Positions 35,659 to 43,673 of a stretch of DNA of 43,673 bases are shown piece after piece. This stretch comes from Nitrospirae bacterium CG2_30_53_67. GTDB lineage: Bacteria > CG2-30-53-67. The notes beneath the pieces are model-generated. The model saw only the letters and a program-made list of their open reading frames with translations. It had not been told where the DNA came from and made no database searches. Position numbers and translations under genes: made by a program. The stretch is from assembly GCA_001873285.1 (NCBI GenBank), contig MNYV01000120.1, forward strand, positions 1 to 43,673, given 5' to 3'. Numbering within the stretch: position 1 is the stretch's first letter; each line of letters starts with the position of its first letter.

Positions 35659-38361
35659 ATGGATAGAATGAATTTAACCATCAACAATAAAAAAATAGCC
35701 GTACCCGCAGGGAGCACCATCCTGGAGGCGGCGCAGAGCGCCGGAATTCATATCCCCACGCTCTGTTATTATAAGCGGCTTTCCCCTTACGGAGGGTGCC
35801 GGGTTTGTATTGTCCAAGTCGAGGGGATCCCGAGGCTCGTGGCATCCTGTACCACGCCTGCGTCCGAAGGGATGGTGGTCCGCACGGATTCCGAGCAGAT
35901 TCGGAAGATCCGCAAGACCGTGGTGGAACTGATGCTCTCCAATCATCCGAACGAATGTATGCTCTGTGAGCAGAACGGCCGCTGCGAGCTGCAGGATCTG
36001 GCCTATGAGTTCGGTCTCAAGGAGATCCGTTTCCAGGGAGAGAGGAGCCGTTACGAGATCGAAAACCGGAACCCCATGATCGAGCGGGACTACAACAAGT
36101 GCATCCTCTGCGGCCGGTGCGTGCGCGTGTGCGACGAGGTCCAGGCGGTCGGCGCCGTAGACTTTTCCAAGCGCGGCTTTCATGCCAAGATCGCCTCGGA
36201 GTTCGACGGGGTGCTGAATTGCGAATTCTGCGGGAATTGTGTGGAGGCCTGTCCGGTAGGCGCGCTGACGGGCAAGATCTCCCGCTTCAAAGGGAGACCC
36301 TGGGAGGCCAAAAAGGTCAAAACCGTCTGCAACTACTGCGGGTGCGGCTGCAGCCTGATCCTGCATGCCCAGGAAGGGAAGGTCATCCGGGTCACCCACG
36401 CGGAGGGCGAGTGCGTCAATGAAGGGTTCATGTGCGTCAAGGGGAAGTTCGGGTTCGAGTATATCAGCCATCAAGACCGTCTCAAGACGCCTTTGATCAA
36501 AAAGAACGGGAGCTTCGTGGAGGCAAGCTGGGACGAGGCCCTGAAGACCGTGGCGGATAACCTGTCGAGGGTCAAGAAGGAGTACGGCAATAACAGCATC
36601 GGCGGTCTCTGTTCGGCCAAATGCACCAACGAGGAGAACTACCTCTTCCAAAAATTTATGCGCACGGCGATCGGCACCAACAATGTCGATCACTGCGCAC
36701 GGTATTGACACAGCTCCACGGTCACCGGTCTGGTGACCTCCTTCGGAAGCGGGGCCATGACCAACTCGATCTCCGAGTTTGAGCATTCCGATGCGTACTT
36801 CGTCATCGGGTCCAACATGACCGAGGCCCATCCGATCATTGCGCTGAAGCTGAAACGAGGCGCCCGGTACAACGGGGCCAAGCTCATTGTAGCCGATCCT
36901 CGGGAGATCACCCTTACGAAATATGCCGCCCTTTGGCTCCGGCATAAGCCGGGCACCGATGCCGCGCTGATCAACGGCCTCATGCACGTGATCCTTGATG
37001 AGGGCCTGGAGGATAAGGAGTTCATCGAGGCCAGGACGGAGAACATCACGGCCTTGAAAAAGGTCTTGAAAAAATACACCCCGGCTTTCACCGAGAAGGT
37101 CACCGGCGTGCCCCAGGAGAAGATCATCGAGGCGGCCCGGATCATCGGGGAGAGCGGCACGGTCGCCTTTTTCTATGCCATGGGGATCACCCAGCATATC
37201 ATGGGGACCGAGAACGTGATGTCCGTGGCCAACCTCGCCATGCTCACGGGAAATGTGGGGAGACCCGGAACAGGCGTGAACCCCCTTCGCGGCCAGAGCA
37301 ATGTTCAAGGCGCCTGTGACATGGGCGGGCTTTTCGATTATTATCCCGGGTACCAGCGGGTGGACCTGGAAGAGAACCGGAAGAAGTTCTCTGAGGCCTG
37401 GGAGTGTAATACGCTGAGCCGTGATGCCGGTCTTCCGGCCACGGCCATGATCAACGCGGCCGTGGAGGGAAAGCTCAAGGCCCTCTATGTCATGGGGGAA
37501 AACCCCCTGCTTTCGGATCCGGATATCGGGCATACGGAGAAGGGATTCAAGAACCTCGACTTTCTGGTGGTCCAGGATATCTTCATGACCGAGACCGCGG
37601 CCATGGCCGATGTGGTCCTCCCTGCCGCAAGTTATGCGGAAAAGGACGGGACCTTCACCAATACGGAACGCAGGGTGCAGCTCCTGCGCCAGGTCATCGA
37701 GCCGATCGGGGGGAGCCGGATCGACTGGAAGATCATCATGGAGATCTCCACCCGGATGGGAAGGCCCATGACCTATAAGAACACGGCGGAGATCATGGAC
37801 GAGATCGCCTCGCTCACTCCCATCTACGGCGGGATTTCCCACGAACGCCTGCAGAAGGGAGGGCTCCAGTGGCCCTGCCCGGACAAGAATCATCCGGGGA
37901 CGCCTTATCTGCACAAGGATAAATTCAGCCGGGGCAAGGGCTTCTTCTACCCCGTGGATTATCACCCCCCATCCGAACTTCCGGACCCGGAGTATCCCTT
38001 CCTGCTGACCACGGGCCGGATGCTTTCGCACTACCATACCGGGAGCATGACCCGCAGGGTCAAAGGGCTGAACGAGATCTGCCCCGAGGGGTTTATGGAA
38101 ATCCACCCCAAGGACGCGCGCAGTCTGGATATCGCCGACGGGGAAATGGTCCGTGTCTCTTCCCGAAGGGGGGCCATCACGGTCCGGGCCAAGGTGACCC
38201 GGAAAGTTCCGCCCCAGGTGGTCTATATGAATTTCCATTTTTCGGAATCGCCGGCCAACCGGCTGACCATCGCGGCCCTGGATCCCATGTCCGGGATCGC
38301 CGAGGCCAAGGTCTGCGCCGTCCGGATTGAGAAGCGGAAGCTTCAAGAGACGGCGGTGTAA
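35659..38361 (+). CDS. fdhA: Selenocysteine-containing formate dehydrogenase alpha subunit (cytoplasmic, N-terminal NuoG-like Fe-S domain), 900 aa
   Basis: ORFs 35659-36708 and 36733-38361 are in the same frame, joined by one TGA (36706-36708) in NNVDHCARY-U-HSSTV, the canonical FdhF Sec position. SECIS follows. PLRGQSNVQG and LTTGR motifs present; no Tat signal. Confidence 0.95.
36706..36738 (+). promoter_or_regulatory. Sec UGA codon plus bacterial SECIS hairpin
   Basis: TGA, 11 nt, then GGTCACC-GGTCT-GGTGACC; spacing and GU-containing apical loop resemble the E. coli fdhF SECIS. Confidence 0.9.
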
Positions 38362-38376
38362 CAAAAGGAGGGCGCC

Positions 38377-38835
38377 ATGCTGCAGAAAGATATACTCCGA
38401 GTCAATCCGCTTTTCGAGGATCTGACCGATGACGACCTGGACAAGGTCATTGAGGTGATCCAGCAAAAGGAGTTTTCCGCCGGATGCGAGATCTTTGACG
38501 AATCCATGCCGGGACGGGAACTCTATATCATTCTCAAAGGAAAAGTCCGCATCATGAAGGCGACGCGGGAAGGAGAACGCCAGACCCTGAGTGTACTGAA
38601 GCCCGGGAATTTCTTTGGCGAGCTCTCCCTGCTGGACGGCCGCAAACATTCTGCGATGGCAGAGGCCGATGAAGCATCCACACTTCTCGTGATCACGAGG
38701 CAGGCCCTGGCCCAGATCGAGAAAAACCATCCCGCGGTGGCCCTGAAGGTGATCAAGAACATGGCCTTGAAGATCAGCGGCATCCTCCGCGAGATGAACG
38801 AAAAGTTTATGGAGATGGTGAATTATATGTGGTAG
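38377..38835 (+). CDS. Stand-alone cyclic-nucleotide-binding-domain protein
   Basis: PLFEDL, LYIILKGKVRI, GNFFGELSLLDG; 152 aa with no HTH; AGGAGG RBS. Confidence 0.88.
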   Translation: MLQKDILRVNPLFEDLTDDDLDKVIEVIQQKEFSAGCEIFDESMPGRELYIILKGKVRIMKATREGERQTLSVLKPGNFFGELSLLDGRKHSAMAEADEASTLLVITRQALAQIEKNHPAVALKVIKNMALKISGILREMNEKFMEMVNYMW

Positions 38836-38846
38836 AGGGCGTGAGG

Positions 38847-38940
38847 AAGGGTCCAAGGGGCCGAGGGTTCAAGGGGTCAAGTGAACCACTCGAACCACTT
38901 GAACCCTTGAACCCTGGACCCCTCGACCCCTTGAATCCTT
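38847..38940. repeat. Octamer-array palindromic element (minimal form)
   Basis: GGGTCCAAG GGGCCGAG GGTTCAAG GGGTCAAGTG ... CACTTGAACC CTTGAACC CTGGACCC CTCGACCC CTTGAATCC. Confidence 0.85.
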
Positions 38941-39019
38941 TTTAAGGGTTGTTAATGCTCTGTAACGGGCTTTGTAGTCTATAGGATTTCATCAACATAA
39001 TATTGAGGAGGAAATATTT

Positions 39020-40783
39020 ATGGCATTGGATCCCAAGAAGCACGCGGACTGGCAGATCGCCGAGGATGCGGAAACAAGAATGAAGACGGTCTATCAGCTG
39101 GCGGATGAGCTGGGCCTGGAGAAGGAGGAACTGCTTCCCCATGGCCACTATGTGGCCAAGGTGGATTTTTCAAAGTTATTAAAGCGGATTGCCGACCGGC
39201 CGGACGGCAAATATATCGATGTCACGGCCATTACGCCGACACCGCTGGGGGAAGGGAAGTCCACCTCGACCATGGGGTTGACCCAGGGACTCGGCATGAG
39301 GGGAAAGAAGGTCACGGCGGCGATCCGGCAGCCATCGGGCGGTCCGACCATGAACATCAAGGGATCGGCCGCGGGCGGCGGTCTCTCCCAGTGTATCCCG
39401 CTCACCCCCTTCTCCCTGGGTCTGACAGGCGACATCAATGCCATCATGAATGCCCACAACCTGGCCATGGTCGCCCTCACCTCGAGGATGCAGCATGAGT
39501 TCAACTACGGCGACAAGGAACTGACCAAGCGTAAGCTGACGCGTCTGAACATCGATCCGAACAACGTGGAGATGGGATGGATCATGGATTTCTGCGCCCA
39601 GTCCCTCCGCAATATCATCATCGGGATCGGCGGCAAGATGGACGGCTTCATGATGCGCTCCAAGTTCGGGATCGCCGTCTCGTCCGAGATCATGGCGATC
39701 CTGGCCGTGTCCACGGATCTCAAGGACATGCGGGAGAGGATGGGCCGGATCGTGGTCGCCTACAACAAGAAGGGAGATCCCGTGACCACGACGGACCTGG
39801 AGGTGGCCGGCGCCATGACCGCCTGGATGGTGGAAGCGCTGAATCCTAACCTGCTTCAGACCATCGAAGGGCAGCCCGTTTTCGTTCATGCCGGGCCCTT
39901 TGCCAACATCGCCATCGGTCAGTCCTCGATCATTGCCGACCGGATCGGTCTGAAACTGAGTGAATACCACGTGACGGAATCGGGTTTCGGCGCCGACATC
40001 GGTTTCGAGAAGTTCTGGAACCTCAAGTGCCGCTTCTCCGGACTCAAACCCCACACGGCCGTGATCGTGGCCACCATCCGGGCCCTGAAATGCCACGGCG
40101 GCGCGCCCATCCCCGTGCCCGGGAGGCCCATGCCGGAGGAATATAAAGGGGAAAACGTGGAATGGGTGGAGAAAGGGTGCGAAAATCTCATTCATCATAT
40201 TAAAACCGTGAAGAAGGCGGGGATCAACCCCGTGGTCTGCATCAACGCCTTCAAGACCGATACCAAGAACGAGATCAAGGTCGTCCGCCGCCTGGCCGAA
40301 TCAGCCGGCGCCCGAGTGGCCGTCTCCAATCATTGGGAGAAGGGGGGCGAGGGCGCCCTTGAGTTTGCGGATGCGGTGATTGATGCCTGCAATGAACCGA
40401 ACAAGTTCAAATATCTCTATGAGCTCAAGACCCCGCTCCGCAGCCGAATCGAGATGATTGCGGAACAGGTCTACGGCGCAGACGGTGTCGAGTATTCCCA
40501 GGAGGCTCTGGACAAGGCCAAGCGGATTGAAGAGGACAAGGAGCTTTCAAAGCTTGGGACCTGCATGGTCAAGACGCACCTCAGCCTGGCGGATAATCCC
40601 ATGATCAAAGGGGTTCCCAAGGCATGGAAGCTCCGTATCCGGGACATTCTCATGTATAAGGGGGCCGGCTTTGTGGTCCCCGTAGCCGGGACCATCAGCC
40701 TGATGCCGGGCACGGCCTCGGATCCGGCGTTCCGCCGTGTGGACGTGGACGTCAAGACAGGAAAGGTCAAAGGCGTATTCTAA
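39020..40783 (+). CDS. fhs: Formate--tetrahydrofolate ligase
   Basis: [60 protein letters not shown]. Confidence 0.97.
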   Translation: MALDPKKHADWQIAEDAETRMKTVYQLADELGLEKEELLPHGHYVAKVDFSKLLKRIADRPDGKYIDVTAITPTPLGEGKSTSTMGLTQGLGMRGKKVTAAIRQPSGGPTMNIKGSAAGGGLSQCIPLTPFSLGLTGDINAIMNAHNLAMVALTSRMQHEFNYGDKELTKRKLTRLNIDPNNVEMGWIMDFCAQSLRNIIIGIGGKMDGFMMRSKFGIAVSSEIMAILAVSTDLKDMRERMGRIVVAYNKKGDPVTTTDLEVAGAMTAWMVEALNPNLLQTIEGQPVFVHAGPFANIAIGQSSIIADRIGLKLSEYHVTESGFGADIGFEKFWNLKCRFSGLKPHTAVIVATIRALKCHGGAPIPVPGRPMPEEYKGENVEWVEKGCENLIHHIKTVKKAGINPVVCINAFKTDTKNEIKVVRRLAESAGARVAVSNHWEKGGEGALEFADAVIDACNEPNKFKYLYELKTPLRSRIEMIAEQVYGADGVEYSQEALDKAKRIEEDKELSKLGTCMVKTHLSLADNPMIKGVPKAWKLRIRDILMYKGAGFVVPVAGTISLMPGTASDPAFRRVDVDVKTGKVKGVF

Positions 40784-40862
40784 GGGACTCATGAGGCCCG
40801 CTGTTTCCGATGCCGTCAAGCTTGATGGTCGTGGGCGCTTTAGGAGATGACGCATGTTCGAT

Positions 40863-41132
40863 ATGAACCGTGGATCCCGGCATACCCTTCTCCCCATCGG
40901 ATTGATGATCCTGGCCGGTATCCTGGGGAACCTCATGGCAAGCGGACTTGCCCTGGTCGTTCCACGCGGGCCCGCACACGAAATCCTGACCTTCGGCTAT
41001 GGTTTCGGGATCAATCCGCCGTGGGTCCTGGACCTTTCGGTGATGACGCTGACGTTCGGCTTCAGCCTGAAGGTGACCATCGTGGGCGCGCTCTTCATGA
41101 TTGTTGTTCTGCTTCTGTACAAAAAAATCTGA
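40863..41132 (+). CDS. Small membrane protein, DUF4321-like
   Basis: Two hydrophobic segments around GINPPWVLDLSVMTLTFGFSLKV. Start is 40863 or 40854. Confidence 0.65.
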   Translation: MNRGSRHTLLPIGLMILAGILGNLMASGLALVVPRGPAHEILTFGYGFGINPPWVLDLSVMTLTFGFSLKVTIVGALFMIVVLLLYKKI

Positions 41133-41143
41133 GAGGAGAGGGA

Positions 41144-41194
41144 ACCGCCCTGCGATCTTCAAATGCCGTCCTATTCATGAATAGGACCACTAAG
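41144..41194. mobile_element. Right-end fragment of the 16895-17065 element
   Basis: ACCGCCCTGCGATCTTCAAATGCCGTCCTATTCATGAATAGGACCACTAAG aligns with ACCGCCCTACGGCACTCGAATGCCACCGTATTTACGAATAGGGCCACTTAG. Confidence 0.7.
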
Positions 41195-41205
41195 TCATAG
41201 CCGCT

Positions 41206-43125
41206 ATGAAACTTTGCAAGGTAACCTTTCTGCCTGAGACCCGAAGCGTGTCGGTTCATAGCGGGTCCACGCTCCTCAAAGCGGCCTCCATGGCCGGGGT
41301 GCATATCAATGCCTCCTGCGGGGGGGCGGGAACCTGCGGGAAATGCCGGGCCGTGGTGCAGGGCGGGAATTTCCGGACCGAGCCGAGCATCCACCTCACG
41401 CCATCGGAGATGAAGAAGGGGTATGTGCTCTCCTGCCTGACCGTGGTCCAGGGCGACCTTACGGTCGAAATCCCCAAGGAAGCGCGGAAAGGAGTCGGCG
41501 TCCGGATCGACACAGGGAGACGGCCCGGCGGTGATCTCCTGAAGATCGGGGACCGGAAGATCCGTCCCCGCACCAAAAAGGTCCACCTCCAAATCCCTCC
41601 CCCCACGTTGAGCGACAATATTTCGGATCTGGACCGCATCAAGAGGGAATTGAAAAAGGCCGGCTATAAGGATTTGGACATCACCTGCAGCCTTCCTGTG
41701 CTCCAAAAACTGGGACGGACACTTCGGGAAAGCCACTGGGACGTGACCGTCACCGTCTTCTGGAACCGGTGTGAGATCGAGATCATGGACATCGAGCCCG
41801 GCGACGTGACCCTCTCCCGGTACGGGCTGGCCGTGGACGTGGGGACCACGACCGTGGTGGCCTACCTGGTGCATCTCAACACCGGGAAGATCGTGGACGT
41901 GGAGTCGGACCTGAACGCACAGATCCGGTGCGGAGAAGACGTGATCTCCCGCATTGTTTACGCCACGGAGATCGGGACGGTGGAAGAGGTGCATAGCCTC
42001 GTGATCGAAACCATCAACGGTCTGGTCAAGCGCCTCGCGGAGAGAAACGGCATCCTTCCCGAAAGCATAGACTCCGTGGTTTCCGCGGGGAATACCACCA
42101 TGACCCATCTCCTCTACGGGATTGATCCCCGGTACATCCGGGAGGAGCCGTACATTCCCACGGTGAATCTCTTTCCGGTGATCAAGGCCCGTGAGATCGG
42201 GATCCAGGTCAACCAGAATGCCAGCATCTATTCGGTGCCGGGCACGGCCAGCTACGTGGGGGGGGACATCTCGGCCGGTATTCTCGCATCCGGAGTCTAC
42301 AAGAGCGATGCGCTGACCATTTTCATAGACATCGGGACCAACGGCGAACTCGTGCTCGGGAACAAGGACTGGATGGTGGCCGCCTCCTGTTCAGCCGGTC
42401 CCGCCTTTGAAGGCGGAGGCGTGAAGTTCGGGATGAGGGCCTCCCGCGGGGCCATCGAAGGGGTGAGGATAGACCGCGAGACCCTGGAGCCTGTCTGCCA
42501 CGTGATCGGAGACGCGGAGCCGCAGGGGATCTGCGGATCCGGGATGATTGATGTCCTGGCCGAGATGTACCTCGCGGGGATCATCGACCGGAAAGGGAGG
42601 TTTGTCGAAGGTCTCCCGACCGACCGGATCCGGCAAGGGGATACGGGCCTGGAGTATGTCCTGGTCCGTCAAGACGGGGACAAGGGGGAATCCGATATCG
42701 TCCTCACCTCTTCGGATATCGACAATATCATCCGGACCAAGGGCGCCATCTATGCCGCCTTCAAGACGCTGATCGGCGAGATGAACCTGACGTTCCAGGA
42801 TGTCGAACGGTTTATCATCGCCGGCGGGTTCGGAAACTATATCGAGATTGAAAAGGCAGTCATTATCGGACTTCTCCCGGATCTCCCGGAGGATCGCTTC
42901 CACTTCATCGGGAATTCCTCCATCATCGGGGCCTATCTGGTCCTGCTGTCCAAGGAGATGCGGCTGGATGCCGAGGAGATTGCCGGCAGGATGACCTATA
43001 TAGAACTCTCGGTCTCCCGCTCTTTCATGGACGAGTACATGTCCGCCCTGTTCCTGCCCCATACCAATATGGATGACTTCCCTTCGGTCAAGGAGATCAT
43101 CCGGAAAAGAAAAATATCAGGCTAA
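41206..43125 (+). CDS. acsV: Reductive activator of corrinoid protein (RACo/AcsV; [2Fe-2S] + ASKHA ATPase)
   Basis: CGGAGTCGKC, LSC, AVDVGTTT, GEDVISRI, AGNTTM, YVGGDI, DIGTNGE, AGPAFEG, GICGSG, AGGFG. Confidence 0.93.
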   Translation: MKLCKVTFLPETRSVSVHSGSTLLKAASMAGVHINASCGGAGTCGKCRAVVQGGNFRTEPSIHLTPSEMKKGYVLSCLTVVQGDLTVEIPKEARKGVGVRIDTGRRPGGDLLKIGDRKIRPRTKKVHLQIPPPTLSDNISDLDRIKRELKKAGYKDLDITCSLPVLQKLGRTLRESHWDVTVTVFWNRCEIEIMDIEPGDVTLSRYGLAVDVGTTTVVAYLVHLNTGKIVDVESDLNAQIRCGEDVISRIVYATEIGTVEEVHSLVIETINGLVKRLAERNGILPESIDSVVSAGNTTMTHLLYGIDPRYIREEPYIPTVNLFPVIKAREIGIQVNQNASIYSVPGTASYVGGDISAGILASGVYKSDALTIFIDIGTNGELVLGNKDWMVAASCSAGPAFEGGGVKFGMRASRGAIEGVRIDRETLEPVCHVIGDAEPQGICGSGMIDVLAEMYLAGIIDRKGRFVEGLPTDRIRQGDTGLEYVLVRQDGDKGESDIVLTSSDIDNIIRTKGAIYAAFKTLIGEMNLTFQDVERFIIAGGFGNYIEIEKAVIIGLLPDLPEDRFHFIGNSSIIGAYLVLLSKEMRLDAEEIAGRMTYIELSVSRSFMDEYMSALFLPHTNMDDFPSVKEIIRKRKISG

Positions 43126-43309
43126 GTCCTTCGATTCATAAGTGCGATTACGAGCCTATGAACTCAGGACTTAAATTCATTTCTTGTGCTACCACCTTGA
43201 CTCTTCGGTCTATCTCTGCTAAGAATCTATTCGATCTCCAAGCTTTTTATAAAGCTATCCGCTTAAAATCCTATCTTCTCGCCCTGACCTTTCTAAATTC
43301 GGATTTTTG

Positions 43310-43426
43310 GAACAAATAGGGACAGCGCCCATTTTTACTTGTGGAACAAATAGGGACAGCGCCCATTTTTACTTGACTTCACAGGTGAACAAATAGGGAC
43401 AGCGCCCATTTTTACTTGACTTCACA
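43310..43426 (+). repeat. Three staggered direct repeats upstream of the transposase
   Basis: GAACAAATAGGGACAGCGCCCATTTTTACTTG (32 bp) at 43310, 43344 and 43387. Copies 2 and 3 extend to 40 bp (+ACTTCACA). Confidence 0.95.
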
Positions 43427-43444
43427 TTCTGCATTGTTTACCAT
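43416..43444 (+). promoter_or_regulatory. Probable sigma70 promoter giving a leaderless transposase mRNA
   Basis: TTGACT-17 nt-TACCAT. ATG begins 7 nt after the -10; no SD present. Confidence 0.6.
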
Positions 43445-43450
43445 TGGCCC

Positions 43451-43673
43451 ATGCCGAGAATCTCCAGAGCCGTAGCTGTAGGCTTTCCTCATCACATCAC
43501 CCAAAGGGGCAATTACCGGCAGAGCGTCTTTGAAAGAAAAGACGATTACCTGTTTTATCTTGAATGGCTCAAGACATACAGCAGCAAATATTCACTCAAA
43601 ATATGGGCCTACTGCCTGATGAAGAACCACGTTCACTTCATCGCAGTGCCCATGGAGTCCGATTCCATGGCAA
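43451..43673 (+). CDS. HUH Y1 tyrosine transposase, RAYT/IS200-like (3'-truncated by window edge; absent from ORF track)
   Basis: Manual translation: MPRISRAVAVGFPHHITQRGNYRQSVF...IWAYCLMKNHVHFI, with the H.T.RGN and YCLM.NHVH (HUH) motifs. Confidence 0.9.
   Translation, partial: MPRISRAVAVGFPHHITQRGNYRQSVFERKDDYLFYLEWLKTYSSKYSLKIWAYCLMKNHVHFIAVPMESDSMA

Noticed and set aside
35659..38361. fdhA as a split gene or pseudogene
   Set aside because: The single in-frame TGA is at the canonical Sec site and has a SECIS.
35674..38856. 1060-aa ORF on the minus strand
   Set aside because: Antisense shadow of fdhA and the cNMP gene. No recognisable motifs; long reverse-frame ORFs are expected with strong GC3 bias.
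43310..43426. CRISPR array
   Set aside because: The 32-bp repeats are separated by only 2 and 11 nt (8 of the 11 being repeat extension), with no unique spacers and no cas genes in view.

Overview
Core energy-metabolism region of an anaerobic sulfur-cycling bacterium. The gene content fits Desulfobacterota/Nitrospirota, but the taxon cannot be fixed from sequence alone. Left arm, minus strand: aprB-aprA, two tandem YkgJ-like Cys-cluster genes, qmoA-qmoB-qmoC, sat. The aprBA+YkgJ block is visibly more AT-rich than its neighbours. Middle: HD and HIT hydrolases, a SAM methyltransferase, tRNA-Gly(CCC) and a ZnuABC-type metal transporter. Right arm, plus strand, about 26 kb: a Wood-Ljungdahl/C1 supercluster (folE, metV, metF, panB, thyX, cooC/acsF, panG-like, acsE, acsD, acsC, acsB, cooS, NuoE-like, NuoF-GltD fusion, a selenocysteine formate dehydrogenase with UGA and SECIS, a stand-alone cNMP-domain protein, fhs, DUF4321-like, acsV/RACo). 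The window starts in the 3' end of a type III restriction-like nuclease. It ends in an HUH/RAYT-type transposase preceded by three staggered repeats. The most striking non-genic signal is that many intergenic gaps hold palindromic or short-period repeat elements of several families. These include a MITE with terminal inverted repeats, 8-bp target duplications and an internal octamer array, seen in intact and eroded states, and a 30-bp palindrome inserted in frame in a protein. All calls are by-eye motif recognition; no searches were run.
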